DNA from: Candidatus Latescibacterota bacterium | GTDB lineage: Bacteria > Latescibacterota > UBA2968 > UBA8231 | DNA: 64,000 nucleotides | Reading direction: 5' to 3' | Assembly: GCA_965197905.1 (NCBI GenBank) | Contig: CBDAOB010000004.1 | Span: forward strand, 64,001-128,000 | Shown here: piece after piece, positions 30,677 to 41,620 of the stretch | Position numbering within the stretch: position 1 is the first letter of the stretch | Layout of the letters: the number at the start of each line of letters is the position of its first letter | Notes under the pieces: model-generated | Databases searched by the model: none | What the model saw: the letters and a program-made list of their open reading frames with translations, nothing else | What the model was told of the DNA's origin: nothing | Program-made: the position numbers and the translations under genes

Positions 30677-32235
30677 ATGTCTCACAGCTGCTGACGAAGT
30701 CGGCTCGAGCCTACCCCGATCGAGACGCCCTGATTTTCGGTTCTCAGCGCTGGAGCTATGTGGAATTCGAAGCGCGAGTGAACCAGCTGGCCAACGGATT
30801 GATCGGGCTGGGTCTGCAACCCGGGTCCCACGTCGCCTTGCTCATGTACAACTGTCCGCAGATGATGGAAGCCCTCTTTGCCTGCTTCAAAGCAGGATGT
30901 GCCGCGGTGCCGATCAATTTTCGGCTCCACCCCAATGAGTACGCCTACGTCATCGATCATTCGGAAGCTGAGGTCTTGGTGACGTCGCCGGAGTTTTCCG
31001 CGGTGATCGCTGAGATGGCGGCTGATATTCCCCGCTGTCGCCACCTCGTGTCCCTGGATCCAGCGGTAAAGGGACATCTCTTTTTCGACGAGCTTGTAGA
31101 CCGGCAGCCAACCTCCTTCGCGGATTACGAGGCGATGCCCGACGATGTGGCCTGGCTGTTCTACACCTCGGGAACCACCGGCCGCTCAAAAGGTGCCATG
31201 CTGACCCAACGCAACCTGATGGCTATGACCATGAGTTTCTACACCGGCATGTGTCCGGGCTTTTCCAATCGCGAGGCGGTACTTCATGCTGCGCCTCTCT
31301 CCCATGGCAGCGGTTTGTACGCGCTCCCGAACGTGGGCATGGCCGCCACCAATGTGATTCTCGAGCAAAGGTCGTTTGCTGCGTCTGTCGTTCTGCGATC
31401 GATAGAAGAGCATGCCATTACCAACATGTTTGTCGCCCCCACCATGCTGAAGCTGTTGGTGGATGATCCGCAGCTGAGTGCTTGCGACTTGACCAGCATG
31501 CGATCGTTTATCTACGGGGGTGGGCCGATGATGGTGGACGATCTGGTCAAAGCGATGGAACGACTCGGTAACCGCTTGGTGCAACTATACGGCCAGGGAG
31601 AATCCCCGATGACCATCACCTTTCTTTCCCACGATGATCACGTGTTAAACGGTGACGAAAAACAGACGCGGAGATTGGCGTCTGCGGGCAAGCCACATCC
31701 GAATCTAGAGATACGGATCGTGGACGAGGATGACAACGGACTCGCGTCCGGTGCCATGGGGGAAATTGTGACGCGGTCAGATCTGGTCATGAAGGGATAC
31801 TGGCGCGACGAGGAGGCGACCAGCGCCAGTCTCAAGAACGGCTGGCTGCATACCGGGGATATGGGGTACCTGGACGACCGTGGATATCTCTTCATTATGG
31901 ATCGCTCGAAGGACATGATCATCAGCGGCGGAGAAAACATTTACCCGCGGGAAATAGAAGAGGTAATCAGCACCATGCCAGGAGTGCGTGAGGTTGCGGT
32001 GATCGGGATTCCCGATCCCAAGTGGGGCGAGGCGGTTCACGCGGTGGTAGCCTTGGTGCCCGGGGCCGAGCTGAGCGCTGACGAGATCATAGGATTCTGC
32101 CGCGACAACATCGCCAGCTACAAGAAACCGAAATCAGTAGAGTTCGTCGACGAGCTGCCCAAGAACAACTACGGCAAGATCGTCAAGAAGGACCTGCGGA
32201 CGCGACACTGGACGGGGAAAGATCGCAAGGTCTGA
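30673..32235 (+). CDS. AMP-dependent acyl-CoA ligase
   Basis: YTSGTTGRSKG, YGQGE, TGD, DRSKDMIISGGENIYP, YKKPK. Confidence 0.95.
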   Translation: MNVSQLLTKSARAYPDRDALIFGSQRWSYVEFEARVNQLANGLIGLGLQPGSHVALLMYNCPQMMEALFACFKAGCAAVPINFRLHPNEYAYVIDHSEAEVLVTSPEFSAVIAEMAADIPRCRHLVSLDPAVKGHLFFDELVDRQPTSFADYEAMPDDVAWLFYTSGTTGRSKGAMLTQRNLMAMTMSFYTGMCPGFSNREAVLHAAPLSHGSGLYALPNVGMAATNVILEQRSFAASVVLRSIEEHAITNMFVAPTMLKLLVDDPQLSACDLTSMRSFIYGGGPMMVDDLVKAMERLGNRLVQLYGQGESPMTITFLSHDDHVLNGDEKQTRRLASAGKPHPNLEIRIVDEDDNGLASGAMGEIVTRSDLVMKGYWRDEEATSASLKNGWLHTGDMGYLDDRGYLFIMDRSKDMIISGGENIYPREIEEVISTMPGVREVAVIGIPDPKWGEAVHAVVALVPGAELSADEIIGFCRDNIASYKKPKSVEFVDELPKNNYGKIVKKDLRTRHWTGKDRKV

Positions 32236-34265
32236 TGACGTCAGAACTGACCGTCGAGATCGAACATAAGACCACGTTTGCAGATGGAATCGATTTCGGG
32301 GGAAGCGGCTGTTACCAGCGTCTCTCGGGTCGGGTGCGATTGGCTATCGATCCGGAGGTGCCGGAAAACAGTGCTGTGATCGATCTGGATCTCGCCCCTA
32401 GAAACGCCGCCGGACAGGTGGAATTCGACGCCGATCTTTGCATTCTTCGCCCCGACCACCTCGAGCAAGGCAACCGTCGCGCCCTGTTCGATTTCGGGAA
32501 CCGCGGTCACAAGCGGGCGCTGGCGATGTTCAACGATGCTCCCGGCGACAACGCTCAGCCAGGATCCGATGCCGGCACTGGGTTCCTTATGCGTCGGGGT
32601 TACAGCATCGTCTGGGTCGCTTGGGAGGGGGACATACTCCCGGGCGACGAGCGCATGACGGTGCGGCTTCCCGTAGCTTCTCACCGGGGCAAACGGATCG
32701 CGGGGCAAGTGAGAAGGGTGTTCATCGCCGACTGCCCGGGAACCTCTTGCATGAGATTGAGCGGCTTCAATTCTGCCAAGGGATATGCGACGGCTAGCCG
32801 CGATACGCGACATGCCGTCCTTACCCGTCGTCAATACACCGAGAGCCAGCCGGTTACCGTTCTCCCTGGGGACTGGCAGTTTGCACGTCTGGAAGTCAGC
32901 ACTCCCCATCCCGAGTCGGGTGAGGCGGTGGAGTCGGCCGTCGTTTCTTCAGACGAGCATATCTATCTGCCCGGTGGATTCAAGCCGGGGTGGATTTACG
33001 AGCTGGTGTACACCGCCGTCGATCCACTGGTCATGGGCCTGGGCTACGTAGCGGTTCGCGATCTCATTTCCTTCCTCAAATACGGCGAAAGAGACAGTGC
33101 CGATACCGTGAACCCACTCCGTGAGGGGGACACTCGGTTGGAGAAGGTGTACTGCTTCGGTCGCTCGCAGACGGGGCGTGTCATTCGCGATTTCGTCTAC
33201 CAGGGGTTCAATGCCGACGGCCAAAATCGCCGTGTATTCGATGGCGCTTTTTGTCACGTAGCCGGTGCCGGCCGCATCTGCAACAATCATCGATGGTCGC
33301 AGCCGGTGCGGTTGGCGTCTTACCAACACGAAGATCGATACTCCTACTCGGACCGCTTTCCTTTCGCCTACGAAGCGACCGAGGATCATCTAACCGGGCA
33401 GCAAGATGGACTTCTAAAGCGCCCCGACACCGATCCCCTCTGGATCCATACCCAGACCTCCGGCGAGATGTGGCACCGACACGGCTCGTTGGTGCACACG
33501 GACACTCGCGGCAACGACCTTGCGCAGGGTGACGGGATAAGGATCTATCTGTGGTCGAGTTCGCAGCATCTGCCCCGTCGAATGGGAGATACAATGGTCT
33601 CCGATTTCAGCCAGCATGCTATCAACGACATTGTCGCGACGACGCCCCTGTTCCGGGCGTTGTTGGACCATCTCGATCGGTGGGTTACCGACGGCACACC
33701 TCCGCCTCCGAGCCGCGTTCCCTTGCGCTCAAACGGAGGACTCGTATCTATCGAGGAATGGAGGGTTCAGTTTCCCGTGATTCCCGCGGCTGTCACGCCT
33801 CGCGAACCGAATCGCTTGCCTTTGTGGGACTACGGACCAGATGCCGACCGGGGATACCTAACCATCGATCCGCCGCAGCAAGTGGGAGCGGATGATTACT
33901 CGGTGCTGTTACCGGCCGTCGACGCGGATGGCAACGAGACCGCCGGCATTCGTATGCCGCTGGTGCGCGTACCCCTCGGAACTGCAACCGGCTGGAACAT
34001 CAGGGCAAGGGGATCTAGTCCCGGCGCCATGGCATGCATGTGGGGCAGCTTCATCCCGTTTCCCGTGAGCCGGGCGGAGCGACTGGCAACCGGCGATCCC
34101 CGCGCCTCCATCGAGGAACGATATGACGGGGAGGAAGACTTTCTGCACCAGCTCACAAGGGCCACCCACGACCTCGCCCAGGAAGGATTCCTGCTGCTGG
34201 ACGAGGACCTGAAGTCGGTTCGGGACCGGGCACGCCAAGTTTGGCGTTTGGTAACTGCCCAATAG
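32235..34265 (+). CDS. Alpha/beta-hydrolase-domain protein (tannase-like, PF20091-type)
   Basis: GNRG, GLG..AVRDLISFL, FGRSQTGR, FDG, VDADGNE.AGIR.P..VPLGT.TGWN. Confidence 0.85.
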   Translation: MTSELTVEIEHKTTFADGIDFGGSGCYQRLSGRVRLAIDPEVPENSAVIDLDLAPRNAAGQVEFDADLCILRPDHLEQGNRRALFDFGNRGHKRALAMFNDAPGDNAQPGSDAGTGFLMRRGYSIVWVAWEGDILPGDERMTVRLPVASHRGKRIAGQVRRVFIADCPGTSCMRLSGFNSAKGYATASRDTRHAVLTRRQYTESQPVTVLPGDWQFARLEVSTPHPESGEAVESAVVSSDEHIYLPGGFKPGWIYELVYTAVDPLVMGLGYVAVRDLISFLKYGERDSADTVNPLREGDTRLEKVYCFGRSQTGRVIRDFVYQGFNADGQNRRVFDGAFCHVAGAGRICNNHRWSQPVRLASYQHEDRYSYSDRFPFAYEATEDHLTGQQDGLLKRPDTDPLWIHTQTSGEMWHRHGSLVHTDTRGNDLAQGDGIRIYLWSSSQHLPRRMGDTMVSDFSQHAINDIVATTPLFRALLDHLDRWVTDGTPPPPSRVPLRSNGGLVSIEEWRVQFPVIPAAVTPREPNRLPLWDYGPDADRGYLTIDPPQQVGADDYSVLLPAVDADGNETAGIRMPLVRVPLGTATGWNIRARGSSPGAMACMWGSFIPFPVSRAERLATGDPRASIEERYDGEEDFLHQLTRATHDLAQEGFLLLDEDLKSVRDRARQVWRLVTAQ

Positions 34266-34273
34266 AAAGCCAG

Positions 34274-34966
34274 ATGCTCACCGCCGTCGATGAGAATGTG
34301 TGGGAAGCCGAGCACCCGCTGAGTCTGGCCGGCGTTCAGCTCGGTCACCGGATGACGATCATACGGATGGCCGACAACGAACTGCTGCTGCACTCTCCCG
34401 TGCCGCTGTCCGACGTTCTCGAGCGCGAACTCGAGGAGCTTGGCGAGGTAAGGTACGTCGTGGCGCCCAGTCGTTTTCACGATCTTTTTCTGACGGCCTA
34501 TTTCGAACGTTTTGCCCGTGCTACATTTTGTACGGTTCCTGGCATGGCGGATCAACATCCCGAGATGGGATTCGAGATCGTGCTCTACGATCAGTTCCCC
34601 AAATACTGGTCCGAAGAGGTGGAACATATCCTTGTAGGTGGGATCCCCAAGGTAAACGAAGTGGTCTTCTTTCACCCCGCGAGCAAGACGCTTGTCGTCG
34701 CCGATCTCGTCTTCAACATCCAATCCAGCAACTCCTGGTTGACGCGAACCGCCATGAAGTTGAACCAGGCGTACGGAAGGGTCACACCTTCGCGATACTT
34801 CAAGTCCTTGGTCAAGGACAAGAGGGCTTTCACGACCTGTATCGAGCGGATCCTCGAATGGGATTTCGAGCGGATCGTCGTCGGGCACGGTTCTATTGTC
34901 GAGAGCAACGGCAAAGAGGTGCTGGCGGCTGCGTTCGACTGGTTGGCCGAGCCGACTCGCAGTTAG
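34274..34966 (+). CDS. DUF4336-family protein (MBL-like)
   Basis: RMTIIR, LHSPV, VAPSRFH, EVVFFH..SKTLVVADL, WDFERIVVGHG. Confidence 0.88.
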   Translation: MLTAVDENVWEAEHPLSLAGVQLGHRMTIIRMADNELLLHSPVPLSDVLERELEELGEVRYVVAPSRFHDLFLTAYFERFARATFCTVPGMADQHPEMGFEIVLYDQFPKYWSEEVEHILVGGIPKVNEVVFFHPASKTLVVADLVFNIQSSNSWLTRTAMKLNQAYGRVTPSRYFKSLVKDKRAFTTCIERILEWDFERIVVGHGSIVESNGKEVLAAAFDWLAEPTRS

Positions 34967-35001
34967 CTTGTCGCTTTCACGGAGAGGGGGCAAGAAAGGT
35001 T

Positions 35002-35541
35002 TTGAATCTGAAAGGCAAGAACAGACACCAAAAGGCCGCATTGCGCCCGGGAGAGCCCAGGGTGGGCAAAGAGCAGATCGCCGAGTTGCTCGAGATGTCT
35101 CACAGCGACGATCCGAAGGAACGTCTCGTCGCCGCACAATTCCTATGCCCATGCCATGTGCGCAAACGAATCGGCGAGGTCTGGACGGCATTGTACCGCA
35201 TGCTCGAAGATCCCGATCTAAAGGTGCGACGAGCCGCATGGCACACCTTGGATGACGGCGGGAGACCAGCGGATCCCATCCTGGAGGAGATATTCGCTCG
35301 CGCCCTGGAAAACGAATCCGATCGACGTATCCGCGAATGTGCGGAGAAGTATACCCGGTCGCGCCGGAAGAGGGCTGCAGCAGAAGAACGCCTGAGGGTC
35401 TACTCCGAATACACCGAGGTAGGCAAATGCGATTTCTGCGGCGGTTCGAATCTGAAGCTCAAGAAGGATATGGAGACCCTCATTCCGGTGAACGGCGAGC
35501 AGCGGCTGGCCTTGATCTGCGAAGCTTGCAGCGCCGGTTAG
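35002..35541 (+). CDS. HEAT-repeat protein with CPCH and a C-terminal CxxC-CxxC zinc ribbon
   Basis: LEDPDLKVRRAA HEAT-like unit; CDFC and CEAC; the long upstream extension in the ORF track overlaps DUF4336 and is not credible. Confidence 0.7.
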   Translation: MNLKGKNRHQKAALRPGEPRVGKEQIAELLEMSHSDDPKERLVAAQFLCPCHVRKRIGEVWTALYRMLEDPDLKVRRAAWHTLDDGGRPADPILEEIFARALENESDRRIRECAEKYTRSRRKRAAAEERLRVYSEYTEVGKCDFCGGSNLKLKKDMETLIPVNGEQRLALICEACSAG

Positions 35542-35558
35542 AATCAAATGGAGGCGAT

Positions 35559-36665
35559 ATGAAGATTACTGACGTCACGGTCGAGTGTTACGCATGGCCC
35601 AAACCGAAACCGATCAGCAACGGCAAATACACCTACACGAAGGTCGTGTTTAACCTAGTGAAGGTGATCACCGACGACGCAGTCACCGGGATCGGCTGGG
35701 GGGGCGGAACCGCCGCCACCCGACCCGGGGCCGTCAGCAGTGCCCTGGTCGACCATTTCAAGGCGGCTTTGATCGGGGAGGATCCTTTTACCTATCGCCG
35801 CATCTGGGAAAACATGTGGTTGCCGAAGATCGTCGGCCGCCGCGGCATGTCCACCCACATCATCAGCGCCATAGACATCGCGATTTGGGATCTCATGGGA
35901 AAAGTTCTCGGCAAATCGGTGCACAAGCTACTGGGCGGTTTTACCGATCGCATACCTACCTATATCGCCGGCGGTTACTACGAGGAGGGGAAAGGGTTGA
36001 AGGAACTGGCGCAGGAGATGGAAGATAACCTGGCGCTGGGCGCGAAAGCGGTGAAGATGAAGGTGGGCGGCGTACCCATCAATGAGGACGTGGAACGCGT
36101 GCGCGCGGTCCGAGATGCGATCGGCCCCGATATCAAATTGCTGGTGGATGCGAATAACGCCTACGCGGCCTACGAAGCGATCGAACTGGCACGCAAGATC
36201 GAACCGTTCGACATATTCTGGTTCGAAGAGCCGGTAGCGCCGGATGACTACCGCGGCCATGCCCAAGTTGCACGCTCTACCTGTATCCCCGTTGCAACCG
36301 GTGAGAACGAGTACACCCGCTACGGCTTCCGCGACCTGATCGAGCACGAATCGGCGGCCATCCTGAATGCGGATGCGCAGATTTTGGGCGGTATTACGGA
36401 ATTCATGAATGTCGCTTCCCTGGCGGCCGCTCAGGATCTTCGCATTGCGCCCCACGGAGCACAGGAAGTGCACATCCATCTGGTTGCGGCCATTCCCAAC
36501 GGTCTCATTCTCGAGTTCTACAGGGAAACCGTTGATCCGCTACGTGGCCAATTGTTCGAACAGCCGTTGACGGTGGATGATGACGGATACGTCACTGTAC
36601 CGGACCGCCCCGGTCTTGGCATGGAGCCGAATTACGACATACTGAAAGAGCATCGCGTCGCCTGA
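35559..36665 (+). CDS. Mandelate racemase/muconate lactonizing family enzyme
   Basis: SAIDIAIWDL.GK, KMKVG, DAN, WFEEP, ATGEN, APH, PDRPGLG. Confidence 0.92.
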   Translation: MKITDVTVECYAWPKPKPISNGKYTYTKVVFNLVKVITDDAVTGIGWGGGTAATRPGAVSSALVDHFKAALIGEDPFTYRRIWENMWLPKIVGRRGMSTHIISAIDIAIWDLMGKVLGKSVHKLLGGFTDRIPTYIAGGYYEEGKGLKELAQEMEDNLALGAKAVKMKVGGVPINEDVERVRAVRDAIGPDIKLLVDANNAYAAYEAIELARKIEPFDIFWFEEPVAPDDYRGHAQVARSTCIPVATGENEYTRYGFRDLIEHESAAILNADAQILGGITEFMNVASLAAAQDLRIAPHGAQEVHIHLVAAIPNGLILEFYRETVDPLRGQLFEQPLTVDDDGYVTVPDRPGLGMEPNYDILKEHRVA

Positions 36666-36693
36666 GCGGAACAGGCGCCGAAACGTCTGTATT

Positions 36694-38736
36694 CTATTCT
36701 CCCTTGGGATTTTGCTGGTAGCGATCGCGCAGAACCCGACGCATTACCTTGTTCGATGCCGTCCGCGGCAAGGTTTCGACGACGACTACGTCGTGCAGTC
36801 TGAAGAGGGGGTTCAGGTTGCGTTTCAACGCCGACTGCATCAATTCCCGAAGATCGGCCTGGGCTGCCGATAACACGGCGTAGATAACCAACTGGCACGG
36901 ACCTCCATCCGGCGGATTTACCGCTACCGCTGCGGTTTCCGCAACGCCGGCGATCCCGCCAACGGCGTGTTCGATTTCAGCGGAGCTCACCTTGATGCCG
37001 CTCAAATTCATGGTGTCGTCGGTTCTGCCGTGGGCGCGGTAGTACCCGTTGGCAAGTCGCTCCATTTGATCTCCGTGCCGTCGCAGCACCGATCCCCTTG
37101 CCGAGGCTGTCACCCCCGCGAAGTAGGTAACACGATGATCGCCGTTCAACAGATTGTTCGACAAGCCGATGGAGGGTGGCTCGATGAAGAGCTCGCCATG
37201 GTCAACGTCTTGGCCTTCGGCGTCGGTAATGACGACATCCATGCCCAATGCCGGTGTCGTGAAGGTGGCCGGGGCGGCGGGTTGAATCATCGTTCCGGTG
37301 ATGTAGCCGCCGCCAATCTCCGTACCGCCGCAATATTCGATCACCGGCTTGTATCCGGCCAGGGACATGAGAAACAACATGCTGTCTCGATCGGAACACT
37401 CCCCGGTGGAGCTGAAACAACGGATTTGGCTCCAGTCGAGTCTGGCCATACAGTTCGACCCCAGCCAGGCCCGCACCGTACTGGGGACGACTCCAAGAAC
37501 GTTCACTCCGGCATCCTCGACGAAGCGGCCGAACTCTCGCTGGGTCGGAGCACCGTAGTAGAGGCCGATCGTCGCCGAATTGACCAACGAGGCGTAGATC
37601 AGCCACGGCCCCATCATCCAGCCAAGATTCGTCGGCCATGCCACCACCTCCCCCGCATGAATATCCTGGTGCAGGTAACCATCAGCGGCGCATTTGATTG
37701 GCGTGGTGTGGGTCCAGGGTATCGCTTTCGGGTCGCCCGTCGTGCCCGAGGAGAACAACACATTCGCGGTGTCCTCAGGATGCATCGAAAGGGCTTGAAA
37801 CTCGTCGCTAGTCGCCAGGAAATCGGACCACCACAGATCGTGGGCGCGCAAAGTACAGGCAGGTTTTTCCGGATAAGCAGGTAATACGACGGCCGCTTCC
37901 GAACTCGCTTCCGCGACCTTGGAAAACATCGGAAGTTCCTTGCCGGAGCGCAGTAGCAGGTCTTGGGTGAAAACCAGCCGCACCGGGGCGATGCGCAATC
38001 GGGTGGCGATCTCCAGAGGAGCAAAACTGTCGGCGATCGACACCACAACGGCCCCCGCTTTGACGATGCCCAGATAGATCGCCACCGCTTCCACGGTCAT
38101 CGGCATACATACGGCTACAGCCTCCCCAGCGTCGATTCCACCCGCCACCAGGCCCGCGGCCACGCGATTCGACAGGGCATCCATTTCGCCATAGGTAACC
38201 CGTCCGGTCTCTCCGCCCTCCGGCCTGTAGACAATCGCGGTCTGATCCGCGGGGGTGTTGAAACAGCTCTCGGCAATGTTCAACCTTGCTCCCGGAAACC
38301 ACTCCGGCGATTCGACCGGCCCACGAGGATCGAGGATAGCTTCTGGGAAATCATGGAAACGAATGTTCAACCGCTCAACCATAACGCTCCAGAATCCGAC
38401 GCGATCGCGTTTGGACCAGGTGTGCAGCTGTTCGTAACTCTCCATATCGCGTTCGCGCATGATCTCGTAGAGGTGGGTGATTCGAACCTCGTCTTCCGAC
38501 GGGATCCAGGCCGGCGGTGGTCCGAGGGCGGCATCCCAGTCGGCGTAGGCGCGATCGAATAGATCCAGATGAAGTTTGAACGGATGGTCGGGGCGCAATA
38601 GAAGCCTGGAGATACCGCTCCATCGGTCGGTGGGGGAAGGCAGTTCCAAATACCGATCGACCTGGCTCAGAAGCTCAGCTGCAGTCTCACGATCCATGCC
38701 CATGCCCAGCAGGTCCTGAACAGTTGTAATCTCCAT
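36694..38736 (-). CDS. Acetyl/acetoacetyl-CoA synthetase-like enzyme (AAE17/18-like)
   Basis: FSSGTTGDPKAIPW, WPTNLGWMMGPW, EYCGGTEIGG, GRTDDTMNL, LPRTASNKVMRR. Confidence 0.9.
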   Translation of the reverse strand: MEITTVQDLLGMGMDRETAAELLSQVDRYLELPSPTDRWSGISRLLLRPDHPFKLHLDLFDRAYADWDAALGPPPAWIPSEDEVRITHLYEIMRERDMESYEQLHTWSKRDRVGFWSVMVERLNIRFHDFPEAILDPRGPVESPEWFPGARLNIAESCFNTPADQTAIVYRPEGGETGRVTYGEMDALSNRVAAGLVAGGIDAGEAVAVCMPMTVEAVAIYLGIVKAGAVVVSIADSFAPLEIATRLRIAPVRLVFTQDLLLRSGKELPMFSKVAEASSEAAVVLPAYPEKPACTLRAHDLWWSDFLATSDEFQALSMHPEDTANVLFSSGTTGDPKAIPWTHTTPIKCAADGYLHQDIHAGEVVAWPTNLGWMMGPWLIYASLVNSATIGLYYGAPTQREFGRFVEDAGVNVLGVVPSTVRAWLGSNCMARLDWSQIRCFSSTGECSDRDSMLFLMSLAGYKPVIEYCGGTEIGGGYITGTMIQPAAPATFTTPALGMDVVITDAEGQDVDHGELFIEPPSIGLSNNLLNGDHRVTYFAGVTASARGSVLRRHGDQMERLANGYYRAHGRTDDTMNLSGIKVSSAEIEHAVGGIAGVAETAAVAVNPPDGGPCQLVIYAVLSAAQADLRELMQSALKRNLNPLFRLHDVVVVETLPRTASNKVMRRVLRDRYQQNPKGE

Positions 38737-38852
38737 AAACCTTGACGCTGTTGGCGAAAAACGTTGACCCCGGGGCAGATCGCAGACAGATTATCGGCAG
38801 GATTGTAAGTGTGCATTCGCGCACACTACAATATCCGCCCGGAAATCGAAGA

Positions 38853-39711
38853 ATGACAAAGACAACCGAAAAAACCAAGCGCCTGAAAGTCGGTGCGGTC
38901 CAGATGATCTCCACCCACTGGGATCTCGCCGGCAATCTACACAAAGCCCTTCGCTTCTGCGACCGGGCCGCCAGGAGGCACGTCCAGATTCTCTGTTTTC
39001 CGGAATGCGCCAGCGTCGGGTTCGATTGGGTGCAGGAAAAACCACCCGCCGACCAGGTTCCGGCCGAACCCGTTCCCGGTCCCCTCGTTCAACGGTTTGC
39101 CGAGAAAGCCCGCGAAACCGACATGTACATCATATTCGGCATGGCGGAGAGACCGCGGCGCTCGAAGCGGTTATACAATTCCGCTTTTTTGGTCGGTCCC
39201 GAAGAAGGGTACAGTAGGTTGTTACCGGAAGGTTCTTTCCGAGCGAGTATTCACCAACGGCCGCGAAGCCGAAGTGTTCGAGACCCGATACGGTGCCATG
39301 GGAATCTTTATCTGCGCCGATATGAGATCACCGGACATCTCGCGATTGTTGGTGGCAAAAGGAGCGAAGGTTCTCTTTCAGCCCACCAACTACTTCCACA
39401 CCGACGGTATGGCAGTCAAAAGCAGATATGTGGGAAAACATACGGCGCAACGAAGCCGTGCGATGGACAACGGCGTCCACCTGGTGGTGGCAAACGCCGG
39501 CCGCGAGGAGTTCGTCAACGATAGCCGCATCATCGCGCCGTACGGTCAGGGACCCGAGCCACAACTTGCCAGAGCCACGCGCAAGGAGCAGTTGTTGGTC
39601 GCCGATATCGAGTTCGACGAGAATCGCAATCCCATCGCACACCAGGCCAAGAGCACGCCCTGGTTGTTCAAGGAGATGGGGGAAACCATGGTGCGCCTGG
39701 CGGACGCCTGA
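38853..39711 (+). CDS. Carbon-nitrogen hydrolase (nitrilase family), frameshifted near 39210
   Basis: CFPE and YNSAF in one frame; YRK and ICAD in the next, completing the E-K-C triad. Confidence 0.85.
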
Positions 39712-39754
39712 GCACCGAGTATTGACCGGCACGTTTAAGATAGAGGTTCTGACT

Positions 39755-40693
39755 ATGATCAATGAAAAAGTGGTAGGTGCTTATGCCGCAGTGGGTGCGC
39801 TCGCCCCCGCCGAGCAGGCCGAGTGGTACCGAAGAGTTTCCAGCGAGTGGGGCATCAACGGCTTCGAGCTGCCGGTGCTTGCCGGTCAGCCTCTGGCGCC
39901 GGAACTGGTGGAAGAGCTGGAGTCCATGTCCTCTACGATCGTGGTGACAATGGTTACCCAGCTTGCCATCACCGGCCAGCAGGATTTGGCCTACGGGTTG
40001 TGTGCGGTCGACGAGTCGTCCCGTGGGGCGGCCGTTCTCGACATTCAGTCAGCCGTACAACAATGCGTGACATTGAGCAAGCGTGGAATCCGCGTGCGTT
40101 CCGTCGTTGTTCACGTTGGACGACGGGGCGCAGACCCGTTTGCCCACGCCATCGCATTCTATCGCAGCTTGATCGAGCTCAAAACAACCCTCGCGGCGCT
40201 ACTGCCAGACACGGCTTTGTCTGTGGAGATCACCGACAACCGCCCGGACAGCCACGCAATTCCGTTCCCAGCCGCCAAGAAGGCCCCGCTAGACGTGAAC
40301 CAGGCTCTGCAGATCGTAGCAGCGGTAAATCGAGACACCGACCGGGGTCGAGACGTATCGATGGTTGCCAACCTGGGCCGGTTTATCGTCAACGGTGACG
40401 ACCCCATCGATGCCGTGGATATGCTGCTCCAGGCGGACGTGCCGTTCGAGGGAGTGATCATGTCGGGTGCCGGCGCGTCCGAGGATGGATTTATGGACTC
40501 CCACAATTCGCATCTGGATCCCCAGTGCAAGTTCACCGCCGCTGACGGGAAACGATGCGCCGATCTCCTGAACGCGAGCTCGCACAACTCGTTTATCGGC
40601 ACCAAATGCAGCGTGGCGACCAGTAAAGGAGAGATTACCACGGCAGAGGTCCTGGCCGCCCAAGCCGAACTGCTGAATACGGTCGTACCCTGA
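39755..40693 (+). CDS. DUF4862-like TIM-barrel protein
   Basis: VGAYAA, GFELP, YGL.A.DE..R, GVIMSGA, DSH motifs. Confidence 0.65.
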   Translation: MINEKVVGAYAAVGALAPAEQAEWYRRVSSEWGINGFELPVLAGQPLAPELVEELESMSSTIVVTMVTQLAITGQQDLAYGLCAVDESSRGAAVLDIQSAVQQCVTLSKRGIRVRSVVVHVGRRGADPFAHAIAFYRSLIELKTTLAALLPDTALSVEITDNRPDSHAIPFPAAKKAPLDVNQALQIVAAVNRDTDRGRDVSMVANLGRFIVNGDDPIDAVDMLLQADVPFEGVIMSGAGASEDGFMDSHNSHLDPQCKFTAADGKRCADLLNASSHNSFIGTKCSVATSKGEITTAEVLAAQAELLNTVVP

Positions 40694-40700
40694 TTCCGCG

Positions 40701-41603
40701 TTGGCCCCAATAGAGATTGCAGGAGATTCGCTGAAGGCGGCTCTCGATCCCGATCGGGGTGCGGGCATTTCCGCTCTACACTTATTGACCTCGACGGGCT
40801 CGACACCTCTCATGCCCGAGGTGGGCGACCCCTCCTTCGATCGTGACTCGGCTTGCTTTCTTATGGTCCCCTACTCGAATCGCATCGAAAACAGCCGCTT
40901 CAGGTTCTTGGACAAGACTTACCAGCTGGACAACGCCGACCAACACGCGATCCACGGAGACGTCCGCAAGCGCTCGTGGCACATCGAAGAGTCCAGCGTC
41001 GAGCGAGTTGTATTCGGCTTCGACTCCAGCCGCTACGAGAACATCAACTGGCCCTGGCCGTTTGCCGCGCACGCCGAATACCGGATACGCGATCACACCT
41101 TCAGCGCCACATTGACCTTGTGCAATCGCAGTTCAGAATCGATGCCCGCGGGAATGGGGTGGCACCCCTTTTTCAACCGCAGCCTGTACTCCGGAGAGGA
41201 AGATGTCCGGCTTTGTTTCAAGACCCCCTTCGTCTATCCGGATGCCAATGACAACAGGATACCGTCGGGTCCACCCCGCGCCGCCCACCCGGAAGAGGAC
41301 TTCACCTACGAGACGGTTCTACCTGTGGATCGAGATATCGACGCCTGTTATCGGGGTTACGACGGTGGCGGGTATATCCGCTGGCCAAAGAGTCGGGTGC
41401 GGCTCGATTTCCACTGCTCCAGCTGTAGCCACCTGATCGTATTCAATCCCGCTTCGCGTCCTTACTTCGCGGTCGAGCCCGTGACCCATGCCAACAATGG
41501 GGTCAACCTGCTCGATGGCGGCGACGAAGGGTGCGGCGTCTGCGTATTGCAGCCGGGTGAAGCGCTCGAGGCTCAATTCAGTCTAACGGTCGTCGTCGGC
41601 TGA
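40701..41603 (+). CDS. Aldose 1-epimerase family protein
   Basis: PYSNRI, HAIHG, GMGWHPFF, AVEPVT. Confidence 0.92.
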   Translation: MAPIEIAGDSLKAALDPDRGAGISALHLLTSTGSTPLMPEVGDPSFDRDSACFLMVPYSNRIENSRFRFLDKTYQLDNADQHAIHGDVRKRSWHIEESSVERVVFGFDSSRYENINWPWPFAAHAEYRIRDHTFSATLTLCNRSSESMPAGMGWHPFFNRSLYSGEEDVRLCFKTPFVYPDANDNRIPSGPPRAAHPEEDFTYETVLPVDRDIDACYRGYDGGGYIRWPKSRVRLDFHCSSCSHLIVFNPASRPYFAVEPVTHANNGVNLLDGGDEGCGVCVLQPGEALEAQFSLTVVVG

Positions 41604-41620
41604 GAAGGAAGGACGGGTGT

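Noticed and set aside
34300..35001. N-terminal extension of the 413-aa ORF
   Set aside because: Off-frame overlap with the DUF4336 gene, with Arg-rich junk composition
33896..35239. 447-aa minus-strand ORF
   Set aside because: Antisense to three recognisable plus-strand genes and has no motifs; a typical high-GC shadow ORF
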